Positions 29,573 to 40,201 are shown, counted from the whole stretch's first letter. The stretch is DNA of 63,254 bases, filler included, from 5 parts of 5 records of this genome joined end to end with filler, not necessarily neighbours in it, one strand, 5' to 3'. Notes: generated from the letters alone by a model not told the origin. A program made the numbers and translations.

Positions 29573-30856
29573 CTAAGGCCTGATACCAAATCCAGTACGA
29601 AGCAGCGAATCCCTGTTAATCATTCCTTGGAACCAGCCCTTTTCATCAACCACTGGCAGGCGTTTGATCCCCTTTTCCACCATCAGGCTGATGGCATCTT
29701 CTATCAACATATCTTCACGGACCGTTACAAAAGTCGTTTGCATTACCTGACCAGCAGTTGTTTCAACCAGGCACTGTTGCAGGTCTCCGTGGCAAACATT
29801 CTGCTGAGAGGAATGCCTTACTTTTGCCAGTCGGTGCCAGAATCCCTCCTGCCCGGACTTAAAATAACTCAGTAACTCACGATCGGCAATCAATCCCAGT
29901 AATTTCCCTTCCAGATCAACCACTGCTACTCGTTGAATGTCGCTGCTGTCAATGATGCGCATTACTTCGTCAAGGGTGGTTTCAGGAGAGACCGAGTGGG
30001 TATCCCGACGCAGGATATCTCCAACTCGCTTTAATTCCCCCACGTCCACTCTCTGTTCGCTAAAAGCATTCCAGTCAGGTGTTTCACGCATGACCGTATT
30101 AAAAATATCCAGCCGTGACAGCATCCCCGAAAGCCTCCCCTTCTCATCGACCACCGGCAAACGCTTCATGCCTGAACGCAACATAAGATCCACAGCCTCT
30201 GCCAGTGGCTTGTTTTCTGCAATCAAAGTTACTGGTTTTGTCATAATTTCCTCGGCCTGCTTGGAAGACAGAGGGTCCAGCACCTCTTTCCGGCACTGCT
30301 CATCGCACTCCGTCAACAATCCTAACCTGAGCGACAAACCGCCTTTTCTAATCAAATCCCCCTGGGTAACCACCCCGACAGGACGTCTTTTGGGGTCTAA
30401 GACTGGTACACAGTTAAATATAGACGGCAACAGCAGCTTCACAACATCCCGTAAAAGGGTGGTTGTGGCAATACTTGTAGTATCTGTTGTCATCACATCA
30501 CGGACCATGAGCTGGCGTGGAAAAAAGGCATTACTGGCCCGGTGACAGACAACATCAAGATTGTGCAGCACCATGATGCCATCATTAACTATAGGCTCCA
30601 AACCATCCAACACCCGTTCAACTTCAGCGGCAGGAAAGAGAATATAAACCCTGAGAGGCATACTGAGAGAGAGCACTTCCAATCTATCGGTCGTTATTTC
30701 TCCACTTTCGGAACAACCAGCAACACCTCGACTAACCACACAGCGCGCAGCTATCTTCAGCGTACGGATATACTGCATGGCAGCATCTGCAATCGGTTTA
30801 TTTCGGTACCGTGCTTCTTCATTGGTGAAAATTTCGACGGCCTTATACTTTAACAT
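29573..30856 (-). CDS. DUF190 (PII-like) plus four-CBS-domain protein
   Basis: Start reassigned to ATG 30856 (MLKYKAVEIFTNEEARY); CBS repeats VRDVMT, KRLPVVD twice; directly downstream of crcB. Confidence 0.8.
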   Translation of the reverse strand: MLKYKAVEIFTNEEARYRNKPIADAAMQYIRTLKIAARCVVSRGVAGCSESGEITTDRLEVLSLSMPLRVYILFPAAEVERVLDGLEPIVNDGIMVLHNLDVVCHRASNAFFPRQLMVRDVMTTDTTSIATTTLLRDVVKLLLPSIFNCVPVLDPKRRPVGVVTQGDLIRKGGLSLRLGLLTECDEQCRKEVLDPLSSKQAEEIMTKPVTLIAENKPLAEAVDLMLRSGMKRLPVVDEKGRLSGMLSRLDIFNTVMRETPDWNAFSEQRVDVGELKRVGDILRRDTHSVSPETTLDEVMRIIDSSDIQRVAVVDLEGKLLGLIADRELLSYFKSGQEGFWHRLAKVRHSSQQNVCHGDLQQCLVETTAGQVMQTTFVTVREDMLIEDAISLMVEKGIKRLPVVDEKGWFQGMINRDSLLRTGFGIRP

Positions 30857-30873
30857 TGCTTGATCCTCTGAAA

Positions 30874-31326
30874 TTACCGAATGAGGCTTGCCACCCATAT
30901 TCCAAAAAAAGTACAGGCAAGACCACCGACATTGTTGGCCAGTACATTGACTAAGGGTTGAAGTAACATTCCGGCACGACCAGCACTGACTGTTTCCAGG
31001 GCAAAGGTCGAGAATGTGGTTAAGGCCCCCATGTATCCGGTGATGAGCAACAATCGCATATCTGGAGTTAAAAGCCTGGCCCTGGCAGCAAGGGCAAACA
31101 GCACTCCAATCAAGAAACAACCCACCAGATTCACAATCAGAGTGCCCCAGGGAAAGCCGGTTCCCCAAATCCTTACCGAGAGCAAGCTAATACCATAACG
31201 ACTTACTGCACCCAAACTGCCCCCACACATTACCAGAGCAATTTTTTTGACTGCCGGGCCTATGACGAATAAACTGTCCGACAGCGCCCCTTTTAACTGC
31301 ATTGTTATTTGAGCTAAACTATCCAT
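30874..31326 (-). CDS. crcB: Fluoride efflux channel Fluc/CrcB
   Basis: GG.LGAVSRY, FPWGTLIVNLVGCF, GYMGALTTFSTF. Confidence 0.92.
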   Translation of the reverse strand: MDSLAQITMQLKGALSDSLFVIGPAVKKIALVMCGGSLGAVSRYGISLLSVRIWGTGFPWGTLIVNLVGCFLIGVLFALAARARLLTPDMRLLLITGYMGALTTFSTFALETVSAGRAGMLLQPLVNVLANNVGGLACTFFGIWVASLIR

Positions 31327-31487
31327 ATCCTCTCAAACCACTCCACAAAAACCGAGCCCTTTATAGGAAATCGGAGCAGACAACTCTGCGTAACACACCC
31401 TGACTGCACGCCTCTTCCGCAGCTTGCGTCCATCGTCAGCCTATCACATCTTAAAATCAGTTAGTGTAAATGGTATTTATTTCAGGC

Positions 31488-32117
31488 TCAGGTCGTATGC
31501 GATGTAATCACTTTCAACCCCAGAGCAATCATTGCTCCGCCAAGAACACGATCTACATAGTGGCCGCATTTATTAAAACGCTTTGAAACAGGTGGGCTTG
31601 ACAGAAGTAGAGCGACCAGGGAAAACCACAAAAACTGAAGCAGCATGATCCAGACACCATAAATGGCGAGGAAATGGAGTGGTATGTCCGGAGAAAGCAC
31701 AACCGTGAACAGGGACACAAAATAAATGGGCGCCTTGGGATTCAGGACATTACACAGAAAACCCTTGCCCACAGTTTTCAGCGGAGAAGAATCTACCATA
31801 CTGCTCTCCACACTACAGTTGAGTCTCTTTGGTTTTGACCGAATCCCTTTGCCCCCCAGATACACCAGATAACTGCCGCCCAGCAGCTTGATGACAAACA
31901 GAAGTGATACGGAATTGGCTATAACTGCGGCAAGACCGAAAGCAGAATAAACAATATGCACGGACAGCCCGAAAGCTATGCCAAGGCTGCACAAAACACC
32001 AGAACTTCTCCCATTTGAGAGAGACTGCTGTGAGACCATCACAAAATCAGGCCCAGGAGAAGCGGCAGCCAAAAGATGCACGACAGTGATAACAAAAAGT
32101 CCGTGTGAAAACTCCAT
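31488..32117 (-). CDS. LysE/RhtB family exporter
   Basis: SPGPDF, GGSYLVYLG, NVLNPKAPIYF. Confidence 0.9.
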   Translation of the reverse strand: MEFSHGLFVITVVHLLAAASPGPDFVMVSQQSLSNGRSSGVLCSLGIAFGLSVHIVYSAFGLAAVIANSVSLLFVIKLLGGSYLVYLGGKGIRSKPKRLNCSVESSMVDSSPLKTVGKGFLCNVLNPKAPIYFVSLFTVVLSPDIPLHFLAIYGVWIMLLQFLWFSLVALLLSSPPVSKRFNKCGHYVDRVLGGAMIALGLKVITSHTT

Positions 32118-32478
32118 ACCTTATCTCCAATTTCACATGCTGAATACCTTAACACTTCTACACCTTAGCAACTCATTGAGGGCTATCATAACCATCGAAA
32201 TCTGTACTGTCAAAATGAGTGTTACATTGGCCAACCAGTTGGAGCCGTCCAAAATTGTGCATCACGCCCATCGCAGTTGGCTGTCTTTGCAGAGGGCAGC
32301 CCATTACTTACATTTACGTAACAAAATATCACCACCTTTCACATAAACGAACTACTTGCTTCACAATAATCATTCCTAGCAGCCTTTTTGGTGCATGTTT
32401 TTTGCATAACTAAAAATATCATCACAAGCAAGCGCAGCTCCCCAAGCTGCAACGAATACCAAAAAGAGGCTAACCAAC

Positions 32479-33618
32479 ATGTCAGATTTTTCAATAGAGG
32501 GTATCATTGACTCTACCTTAAGAGAAGGGGAACAACGCGCTGGAATACTATTTAAGCGTCACCACAAACTGGAGATAATAAAAAAACTCACTGCGCTCGG
32601 TATCGAAGAAATTGAACTGGGTGTCGCCAGCCCCAGGTCACCGGAATTGTTAACCCTTGTACCAGATGCCCTGCAAATAGCAAAAGGAAAGGTACGAATT
32701 GCTCTCTGGTCCCGATGCAACGAGGAAGACATACGCTTTGCCAGCCAATGCAAACCTGACACACTCTCACTTTCCATTCCTGTTTCAGATATACTCATTA
32801 GGGAAAAAATTGCCCAAAATCGTGGGTGGGTACTCGAGAAACTCGACCGCTCCATTGCAAAAGCTCTTGAGTTCGGTTTCAAGACAGTATCTGTCGGGCT
32901 TGAAGATGCTACCAGAGCTGACGCTGAATTTCTTTTTCGCGTTGCTCAAGTTGTCAACAACTCAGGTGCATCACGATTGCGACTTGCCGACACAGTAGGC
33001 ATCGGATCACCGGGACTTATAGCAGCATTGGTAAAAAACGTACAGCAAGCAGGACCAATTTCGGTCGGCGTTCACACCCATAATGACTTCGGCATGGCCA
33101 CAGCCAACGCCATATCAGCGCTGGAGAGCGGGGCTCAATGGGTTGACGCAACTGTCCTAGGCCTTGGCGAACGGACAGGCAATTGCCGACTCGAAGAGAT
33201 TGTAGGCTTCCTGTCCTTACAGCAAGGGATGAAGCGCTACCAGATCGACAACCTGAAAACGCTGTGTGAAGCCGTGGCCGAGGCAGCACAGACATATATC
33301 CACCCGCATCACCCGGTTATCGGAAATGAAATATTTACTTGCGAATCAGGACTGCATGTGCATGGATTGGCTATAAATCCGAAGACGTACGAACCATACG
33401 ACCCACTCCAACTGGGACGAAACAGAACGCTTCTCTTTGGCAGTAAAACTGGAAAAAGAGCTATCCAGCACACATTACGCTCGGCAGGCATGCCCACTTC
33501 TAACCAGCAGGCAGAAGATCTTGTCCAAGAGATCAGGCTCCTTGCCAGATCAGGGACAAAGCCTTTAGCTGAGAACGAACTCATCAACCTGGCCAGGCAG
33601 AGGATATTTTCCGCCTAA
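32479..33618 (+). CDS. nifV: Homocitrate synthase
   Basis: DSTLREGEQ, HTHNDFGMATAN, GLGERTGN, ESGLHVHG; adjacent to nifA and nifENB. Confidence 0.8.
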   Translation: MSDFSIEGIIDSTLREGEQRAGILFKRHHKLEIIKKLTALGIEEIELGVASPRSPELLTLVPDALQIAKGKVRIALWSRCNEEDIRFASQCKPDTLSLSIPVSDILIREKIAQNRGWVLEKLDRSIAKALEFGFKTVSVGLEDATRADAEFLFRVAQVVNNSGASRLRLADTVGIGSPGLIAALVKNVQQAGPISVGVHTHNDFGMATANAISALESGAQWVDATVLGLGERTGNCRLEEIVGFLSLQQGMKRYQIDNLKTLCEAVAEAAQTYIHPHHPVIGNEIFTCESGLHVHGLAINPKTYEPYDPLQLGRNRTLLFGSKTGKRAIQHTLRSAGMPTSNQQAEDLVQEIRLLARSGTKPLAENELINLARQRIFSA

Positions 33619-33808
33619 CACCTGCCCATAAAGGAGGGTTTTAATTTGAGTGAGACCAAGCGCAGCCGCCGAGGTTTGTGAAAGTTTTACCACTGACGTA
33701 TGGTTGATATTGGAACTTCAGGTTACCTTCGAGGATTTTTTTTTGAGCATAACGCCGCCTGAATTGATGAGCAATCCAGACTACATGTTCTTTACAGGCG
33801 ACCATTAG

Positions 33809-35425
33809 CTAAAATGTGGGTCTAGACAAACCGTATTTTTTCACTTTATAACCTATCTGTCGCTGAGTAAGCCCTAACTCCCTGGCAGCTCTTGCCTGAA
33901 CCCACCCGTGCCGTTTTAGGGCTTTCAACACCTCCTGCTTTTCAATATCCTCTAAAGAACGAGGAGAAAGCTCTTTATACGTTTGACTCTGAAACAAATC
34001 AGGAGCAGATTCAGGTTGCGCTACAGACACCTCTGACACCTGTTCAAAACTTGCAAAACGGATTGATTCCGGAAGGTCTGCCACCCTAAGTATATTTCCA
34101 TCGGCGAGGATAACCATCCGCTCGACCAGATTCTGCAACTCCCTGACATTTCCAGGCCAATAATACCCTATCATAAAATCAAGAAACTCCTGACTCATCC
34201 TCATCTTCTTGTCATTTCTTTTGTTACTCGCCTTAAGAAAATACTCAAGCAAAAGAGGTATATCTTCTTTTCGTTCTCGAAGGGGGGGAAGGACAATCGG
34301 CACTACATTCAGCCGGTAAAAGAGGTCAATACGAAACAGTTTCTTCTTTGCAGCCTCTTCAAGGTCAACGTTTGTTGCTGCAAGGATCCGGACATTGGCC
34401 GTCATAGTGCGATTCCCCCCAACGCGTTCAAATTGTTTTTCCTGAAGCACCCTGAGTATTTTTGCCTGAAGAGCGAGCGGCATCTCCCCAATTTCATCCA
34501 AAAACAGCGTGCCGTTATCGGCAATTTCAAATTTTCCAGGCTTAGCAACAATCGCATCGGTAAAGGCGCCCTTTTCATGCCCAAAAAGCTCGCTTTCCAG
34601 TAAATTTTCTGGAATAGCAGCACAGTTCACCTTAATAAACGGCTGCTCTTTTCTTTTACTGGACTCATGAATAGCTCGCGCCACAAGCTCCTTACCCGTA
34701 CCCGACTCACCCGTCATAAGGACAGTTGCAGCACTTTTTGCAACCTTTTCTATAACCCAAAACACCTCCTGCATTGCCTTTGAATGACCAATAATAAAAT
34801 GCCTGCTGAATTTGCCATGCAGCTCGGCCTTTAAATTTTTGTTCTCTTCAACAAGCTCTGCACGCTCTTTCTTGACGACCTGCTGCAAGTTAAGAAACTG
34901 AGCAATCAAGGTAGACAAAACAGTAAGAAACCGAACATCTTCTTCAAATGATATTTCCGAACTAAAAAGACGATCAACGGTGAGCACCCCAACGGTTACC
35001 CCCTGTAGAACAACCGGCACCCCAACAAAAGAAATAGTTGACTTCTTAATTGGCTTACGCGAGCCGGTTCGATTGAGAAAGAGAGGTTCACTATTTATAT
35101 CTGGAACAATAAACGGTGAGCCACTTCTAAATACCTGCCCGACAACACCTTCGTCAACTTTATACACCCCCCTCTGCTCCTCCTTTACAGACAACCCGTA
35201 CGAAGCCCTGATGATTAAATTCTTACCACTTTCATCTAAAAGAAGAAGGGTCGCTCTTTCCATCCTCAGGGTATCGTGCAAAACCTGCAGCACCGCCGAA
35301 AGAGTTGAGTCCAGGTGAACAACCTCGCTGATAAGGTTGGCTATCCTGTAAAAGGCTTCAACTTCGAGCCTTGCCGTTGTGCTATCGGCCGGAAGAGTAT
35401 CGGAAGTATATCTCTCGGTTGTCAT
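33809..35425 (-). CDS. nifA: Nif-specific sigma54 activator (GAF-AAA+-HTH)
   Basis: GAF domain, [32 protein letters not shown]-terminal [19 protein letters not shown]. Confidence 0.85.
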   Translation of the reverse strand: MTTERYTSDTLPADSTTARLEVEAFYRIANLISEVVHLDSTLSAVLQVLHDTLRMERATLLLLDESGKNLIIRASYGLSVKEEQRGVYKVDEGVVGQVFRSGSPFIVPDINSEPLFLNRTGSRKPIKKSTISFVGVPVVLQGVTVGVLTVDRLFSSEISFEEDVRFLTVLSTLIAQFLNLQQVVKKERAELVEENKNLKAELHGKFSRHFIIGHSKAMQEVFWVIEKVAKSAATVLMTGESGTGKELVARAIHESSKRKEQPFIKVNCAAIPENLLESELFGHEKGAFTDAIVAKPGKFEIADNGTLFLDEIGEMPLALQAKILRVLQEKQFERVGGNRTMTANVRILAATNVDLEEAAKKKLFRIDLFYRLNVVPIVLPPLRERKEDIPLLLEYFLKASNKRNDKKMRMSQEFLDFMIGYYWPGNVRELQNLVERMVILADGNILRVADLPESIRFASFEQVSEVSVAQPESAPDLFQSQTYKELSPRSLEDIEKQEVLKALKRHGWVQARAARELGLTQRQIGYKVKKYGLSRPTF

Positions 35426-35480
35426 GAACCACACCTTTGCCTGATATTTCAAAAAGATTATTTACACTAATGAAGCATTA

Positions 35481-35496
35481 AGCAATTTTTGTTCCA
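35481..35496 (-). promoter_or_regulatory. Sigma54 (-24/-12) promoter of nifA
   Basis: Minus strand TGGAAC-AAAAA-TTGCT with exact GG-N10-GC spacing. Confidence 0.65.
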
Positions 35497-35842
35497 CACC
35501 CTCAGCCAAGCACCCAAACAATTGAAATGAAAAGCATTTTACAGAGACAATAATCTCAAAAACGAATAACCACCTACTTTTTTGCACAATAATGAAAAGT
35601 TTTCAATTTCTTCCATCAGGCAGCACACCCTTCATTCATATTTACCCAAAAACAGTAGTCTCATCGAGATCACGCCTAAAAAACTTACAAACGTCGCGAC
35701 TAAAGCCAAGGTAATCTTCAAAAATGTATTTTTTTTTTCATTTGCGTCGTAAAGCCTACCTCTCCTTTCCCCGCATCTCCACTCGGGACGCACCCACCCC
35801 CTTATCCACTTGAAAAAACAGCACTTTTTTACAAACTCTTTC

Positions 35843-35858
35843 TGGCATGGCGCTTGCT
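35843..35858 (+). promoter_or_regulatory. Sigma54 (-24/-12) promoter of nifENB
   Basis: TGGCAT-GGCGC-TTGCT, about 50 nt upstream of nifE. Confidence 0.85.
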
Positions 35859-35910
35859 ATTTAAAGGAAAACCATGTGATGTAACTCATTTATAAAAAGG
35901 ATGACCAGCT

Positions 35911-37269
35911 ATGAAAGCTGCAAACGTACTAGATGAACGACAAGGCCAGATCCACAGGAAAGGATCTACTCCTCTTAATATAGAATGCGACAAGGATAGT
36001 CTTGCCGGTGCTGTTAGCCAGAGGGCCTGCGTGTTTTGCGGATCGCGGGTTGTACTCTATCCCATTGCCGATGCGATACACCTTGTCCACGGCCCCATAG
36101 GATGCGCTGTGTACACATGGGATATTCGCGGCGCCCTTTCCTCCGGCCCGGAGTTGCACCGCCTCTCCTTTTCAACTGACCTCCAGGAGATGGACGTCAT
36201 TTTTGGTGGCGAAAAAAAACTGGCGGCAGCCCTTGATGAGCTCATCGATCGCCACCAGCCTGCGGCAGCCTTTGTCTATTCAACCTGTATTGTCGGCCTG
36301 ATTGGTGATGACCTGGAAGCCGTCTGCAGTAAAGCCTCCGCTGACAAGGGCATTCCGGTACTGCCGGTACAATCAGAAGGCTTTAAAGGCAACAAGCGTG
36401 CTGGATATGAGGCAGCTTGTGATGCCATGGGACGCCTAGTCGGCACAGGTGACATCAGCGGCATCTCCAAGTATTCCATCAATATTCTAGGCGATTTCAA
36501 CCTGGCTGGCGAAATTTGGCTCGTCCGTGAGTATTTCGAACGTATTGGTGTTGAAGTGGTTGCCAATATTACCGGCGATGGTCGCGTCGCTGATATTCAA
36601 CGTTCGCATGGAGCAGCGCTCAATGTGGTGCAATGTTCCGGAGCGACCATGGAACTCGCTAATATGATGGAGGAACGGTACGACATACCATCAATACGAG
36701 TGTCCTATTTTGGGGTCGAGGATATGGCAGAAGCCCTGTACGAGGTGGCCAGGCATTTCAAAGACCCGGCACTCATGAAAAAGGCTACGGAAGTAGTGCG
36801 AAGCGAACTTGAAACATTGCTACCTGAACTCGACCGCTATAAAAAAGCGCTCAAAGGAAAGAAGGCGGCAATCTATGTTGGCGGGGCGTTCAAGGCATTT
36901 TCCCTGGTCAAGGCCTTCCGACTGATCGGCATGGATGTAGTCATGGTTGGTTCTCAGACAGGGACTACACAGGATTACGAAGAGCTCGAACAGATAACCG
37001 ATGAAGGCACTATTATTGTCGACGACTCCAACCCCTTGGAGCTTTCCAACTTTATAAAAGAAAAGGATGTGGATCTCTTTGTGGGCGGAGTTAAAGAACG
37101 CCCTATTGCCTATAAACTAGGGGTCGCTTTTTGTGACCACAACCATGAACGAAAAGAAATGCTGGCTGGCTTCGAGGGTATGCTCAATTTTGCCCGTGAA
37201 GTCTATGGATCGGTCATGAGTCCGGTCTGGAAATTTGTTCCCCGCCGATCAGAGGAGAATGCATCATGA
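35911..37269 (+). CDS. nifE: Nitrogenase FeMo-cofactor scaffold subunit NifE
   Basis: SQRACVFCG, HGPIGC, STDLQEMDVIFGGEKKL, YSTCIVGLIGDD. Confidence 0.93.
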   Translation: MKAANVLDERQGQIHRKGSTPLNIECDKDSLAGAVSQRACVFCGSRVVLYPIADAIHLVHGPIGCAVYTWDIRGALSSGPELHRLSFSTDLQEMDVIFGGEKKLAAALDELIDRHQPAAAFVYSTCIVGLIGDDLEAVCSKASADKGIPVLPVQSEGFKGNKRAGYEAACDAMGRLVGTGDISGISKYSINILGDFNLAGEIWLVREYFERIGVEVVANITGDGRVADIQRSHGAALNVVQCSGATMELANMMEERYDIPSIRVSYFGVEDMAEALYEVARHFKDPALMKKATEVVRSELETLLPELDRYKKALKGKKAAIYVGGAFKAFSLVKAFRLIGMDVVMVGSQTGTTQDYEELEQITDEGTIIVDDSNPLELSNFIKEKDVDLFVGGVKERPIAYKLGVAFCDHNHERKEMLAGFEGMLNFAREVYGSVMSPVWKFVPRRSEENAS

Positions 37270-38618
37270 CCAAAATGCCTAATTACACTTCAACAACCAA
37301 TGCCTGCAAACTCTGCAAACCCCTTGGTGCTTCCCTGGCCTTTCGCGGCATAGAAGGTTGCGTACCCTTTCTCCATGGCTCTCAGGGGTGCGCAACCTAT
37401 ATGCGTCGCTACATTATCAGCCACTTTAATGAACCAATTGATATCGCTTCGTCATCACTTGGAGAAAAAAATGCCATATACGGTGGTGGCCCCAACCTCA
37501 AGCTTGGGCTGAAAAACGTTACTGAAAAATATACACCAGAGGTCATTGGTGTGGCGACCACATGTCTTACCGAAACCATTGGCGACAATGTACCGATGAT
37601 CCTTCATGAATATCAAGAAGAATTCGGAACAGATGACTCACCACAAGTGGTAACCGTATCAACCCCAAGCTATGCCGGCACCCACATGGAAGGATTCCAT
37701 GCAGCGACTACTGCTATCGTCGAGCAACTCACCACGCCTGCTGCCATGCACGACAAAACAAACCTCTTCAGTGGGTTTATCTCCACGGCGGACATCAGGC
37801 ACCTCAAAGAGATCTGTGAAGATTTCGATATGCCGATCACACTCATGCCCGATTATTCAGAAACCTTGGACGGGCAGGCCTTAAATGAGTACCCGCTGAT
37901 GCCCAAAGGCGGAACCCCATTGAGCGAGGTCCGGCAGATGGGTGGTGCAAAAGCGACCATCGAACTTGGAGCAACTTTACCCGGCAGAACTCCGGGAAAG
38001 GTACTGGAAGAACGTTTTTCAACCAAACTTTATCAACTCGGCCTCCCTATGGGTATCCGTGAGACCGATGCCTTTTTCGAGACGCTTTCCACCGTAAGCG
38101 GCAAAGCGATTCCAGCAAAATACAGCTCTGCCCGTGGACGACTGGTTGATAGCATGGTGGATGGCCATAAATACATCTTTGGCAAACGGGCGGTTGTGTT
38201 TGGCGAAGAAGACTTGGTGGTAGGGCTGACCTCATTTCTGGCAGAGATTGGGATCAAGCCAGTGCTCTGCGCCTCAGGTGGAAACAGTAAAAAAATGGAA
38301 AAAGCCATACAGCAAGTGATGGAAGGCATGGACTGCGAGATGCCCATAGTAAAAGACAACGTAGATTTTTACGATATTGAGTCCCTGGCTGCTGAACTCG
38401 ATATCGACCTCGTGATTGGGCACTCCAAAGGATACGCCTTTGCCAGAAAATTTGAAATTCCAATTATCAGGGTAGGGTTTCCGGTCCATGACCGGGTAGG
38501 TGGCCAGCGCATTCTTCACCTTGGTTACCATGGTGCCCAGAGCCTGTTTGACACTATCACCAACACTATTATTGCAAAAAAACAGAGCGATTCACCTGTA
38601 GGTTACAGCTACATGTAA
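37266..38618 (+). CDS. nifN: Nitrogenase FeMo-cofactor scaffold subunit NifN
   Basis: NACKLCKPLGA, HGSQGCATY, TTCLTETIGD; ATGA overlap with nifE. Confidence 0.88.
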   Translation: MTKMPNYTSTTNACKLCKPLGASLAFRGIEGCVPFLHGSQGCATYMRRYIISHFNEPIDIASSSLGEKNAIYGGGPNLKLGLKNVTEKYTPEVIGVATTCLTETIGDNVPMILHEYQEEFGTDDSPQVVTVSTPSYAGTHMEGFHAATTAIVEQLTTPAAMHDKTNLFSGFISTADIRHLKEICEDFDMPITLMPDYSETLDGQALNEYPLMPKGGTPLSEVRQMGGAKATIELGATLPGRTPGKVLEERFSTKLYQLGLPMGIRETDAFFETLSTVSGKAIPAKYSSARGRLVDSMVDGHKYIFGKRAVVFGEEDLVVGLTSFLAEIGIKPVLCASGGNSKKMEKAIQQVMEGMDCEMPIVKDNVDFYDIESLAAELDIDLVIGHSKGYAFARKFEIPIIRVGFPVHDRVGGQRILHLGYHGAQSLFDTITNTIIAKKQSDSPVGYSYM

Positions 38619-38649
38619 CAGGTGTGTCCTGATTATAAAGGGAGAAAAC

Positions 38650-39930
38650 ATGAAAAAGATTATAACCAAAGATTATCATCGCCACCCCTGCTTTAATGCA
38701 GAGGTAAAAGGGCAGTATGGTCGCGTACATCTTCCTGTTGCTCCGAAGTGCAATATTAAATGCAACTTCTGTGATCGCAAGTACGACTGCGTTAACGAAT
38801 CCCGCCCTGGAGTTACCAGCAATGTGCTCTCTCCGGAACAAGCTGGAGTGTACATGCAGAAAGTCCTTGAAAAGGAGCCGCGGATTACGGTGGCTGGTAT
38901 CGCCGGCCCAGGCGATCCTTTTGCCAATCCTGAAGAAACCATGGGAACCATGCGATTGATTAAAAAAGAGCATCCGGACATGATTCTCTGTCTTTCATCA
39001 AATGGCATGAATATTGGACCCTACATTCCAGAACTGGCAGAATTGGAGGTCAGCCACGTTACCATCACCGTTTGTGCGGTGGACCCGGAAGTAGGAAAGG
39101 AAGTGTATTCATGGGTCAAGGACGGGAATGTCGTCTACCGCGGTAGACAGGCTGCCGAAATGCTTCTTGCTCGACAGACCGCAGCAATCAAAGATTTAAA
39201 AGCACATGGCATAACGGTAAAGGTCAACTCCATCGTTATCCCGAGTGTCAACGAACATCATATTGAAGAAATAGCGCAAAGAATGGAAGAACTTGGGGTC
39301 GACCTGCTCAATTGTATCGCCATGTTTCCCAACGTTAATACACCGTTTGGCCACCTGCCACAGCCTGACAAAAAAACCATGGCATCGATCCGCTCCATGG
39401 CAGAGGAGTACCTCCCACAGATGCGCCATTGCACCAGATGCCGAGCTGACGCGGTAGGCCTTTTGGATGACGACAAAACCGAAGAATTCAGGAGTTGTCT
39501 CTCAGCCTGCTCAACCATAAAACCACAACCTGCTCACAAACGTCCGTATGTTGCCGTTGCCACCCTTGAAGGTATTCTCATTAACCAGCACTTGGGCGAG
39601 GCACAGTCGTTTCAGATATGGGAGGCCGATGGCAAACAGTACAAAAAAGTGGAAGAGCGCCCTGCTGCTGAGGCTGGCGGCGGCATCAAACGCTGGCACC
39701 AACTCGCAAAAATACTCGGTGATTGCCGTGCAGTATTGGTCAGCGGGGTAGGAGATACGCCTGCAGAAATACTGGACAAAGCCGGGGTGAAACCGGTAGA
39801 GGCATCTGGATTTATCGAAGAAGGGTTGCGGGTTGTTTTCGAAGGCCAAGCCACTGAGAGACTGAAAGGAAGAAATCCCTGCGCCGATGGAGACAGCGTT
39901 TGCACAGGTACTGGTCTCGGCTGCGGCTAA
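38650..39930 (+). CDS. nifB: Radical SAM FeMo-cofactor biosynthesis protein NifB with C-terminal NifX-like domain
   Basis: HPC, CNIKCNFC, NESRPG, AGPGD, CTRCRADA; INQHLG in the NifX-like part. Confidence 0.93.
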   Translation: MKKIITKDYHRHPCFNAEVKGQYGRVHLPVAPKCNIKCNFCDRKYDCVNESRPGVTSNVLSPEQAGVYMQKVLEKEPRITVAGIAGPGDPFANPEETMGTMRLIKKEHPDMILCLSSNGMNIGPYIPELAELEVSHVTITVCAVDPEVGKEVYSWVKDGNVVYRGRQAAEMLLARQTAAIKDLKAHGITVKVNSIVIPSVNEHHIEEIAQRMEELGVDLLNCIAMFPNVNTPFGHLPQPDKKTMASIRSMAEEYLPQMRHCTRCRADAVGLLDDDKTEEFRSCLSACSTIKPQPAHKRPYVAVATLEGILINQHLGEAQSFQIWEADGKQYKKVEERPAAEAGGGIKRWHQLAKILGDCRAVLVSGVGDTPAEILDKAGVKPVEASGFIEEGLRVVFEGQATERLKGRNPCADGDSVCTGTGLGCG

Positions 39931-39960
39931 AAAATTCTTCACTCAGCCTATTATCTCTTC

Positions 39961-40025
39961 GTTATGGCTAAAACTTTACCCTCGCAATATCAGCCACATG
40001 CCTGCGGTAAAACTTTAGCCATAAC
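39961..40025. terminator. 20-bp inverted repeat between convergent nifB and MCP genes
   Basis: GTTATGGCTAAAACTTTACC ... GGTAAAACTTTAGCCATAAC (2 mismatches), followed by TTTT. Confidence 0.55.
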
Positions 40026-40201
40026 TTTTCATGGTACTCTTTAATCAAAACGATGGAACAGCTACAGTGTTTTGGTAAAAAAATATATAAAGCTATATTT
40101 TCGGCCAAGACACTGTAGGAAATGCCGAGCTACCGTTTCCTTTCGAGGCTAAAAGCTCTTCCTCTTGGTGGAAACATTAAACGGGATGAAAAAATTGGTG
40201 T

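Noticed and set aside
30857-31168. N-terminal extension of the 531-aa ORF overlapping crcB
   Set aside because: It is an alternate frame of crcB; the recognisable protein begins at ATG 30856.
32389-32406. Sigma54-like TGGTGCATGTTTTTTGCA upstream of nifV
   Set aside because: The GG-to-GC spacing is 12 rather than 10, and the alternative register loses a conserved G.
40080-40200. GAAA-containing segment reminiscent of a c-di-GMP riboswitch
   Set aside because: It lacks the conserved GGCAAA/GACGCAAAG core and lies between convergent 3' ends.
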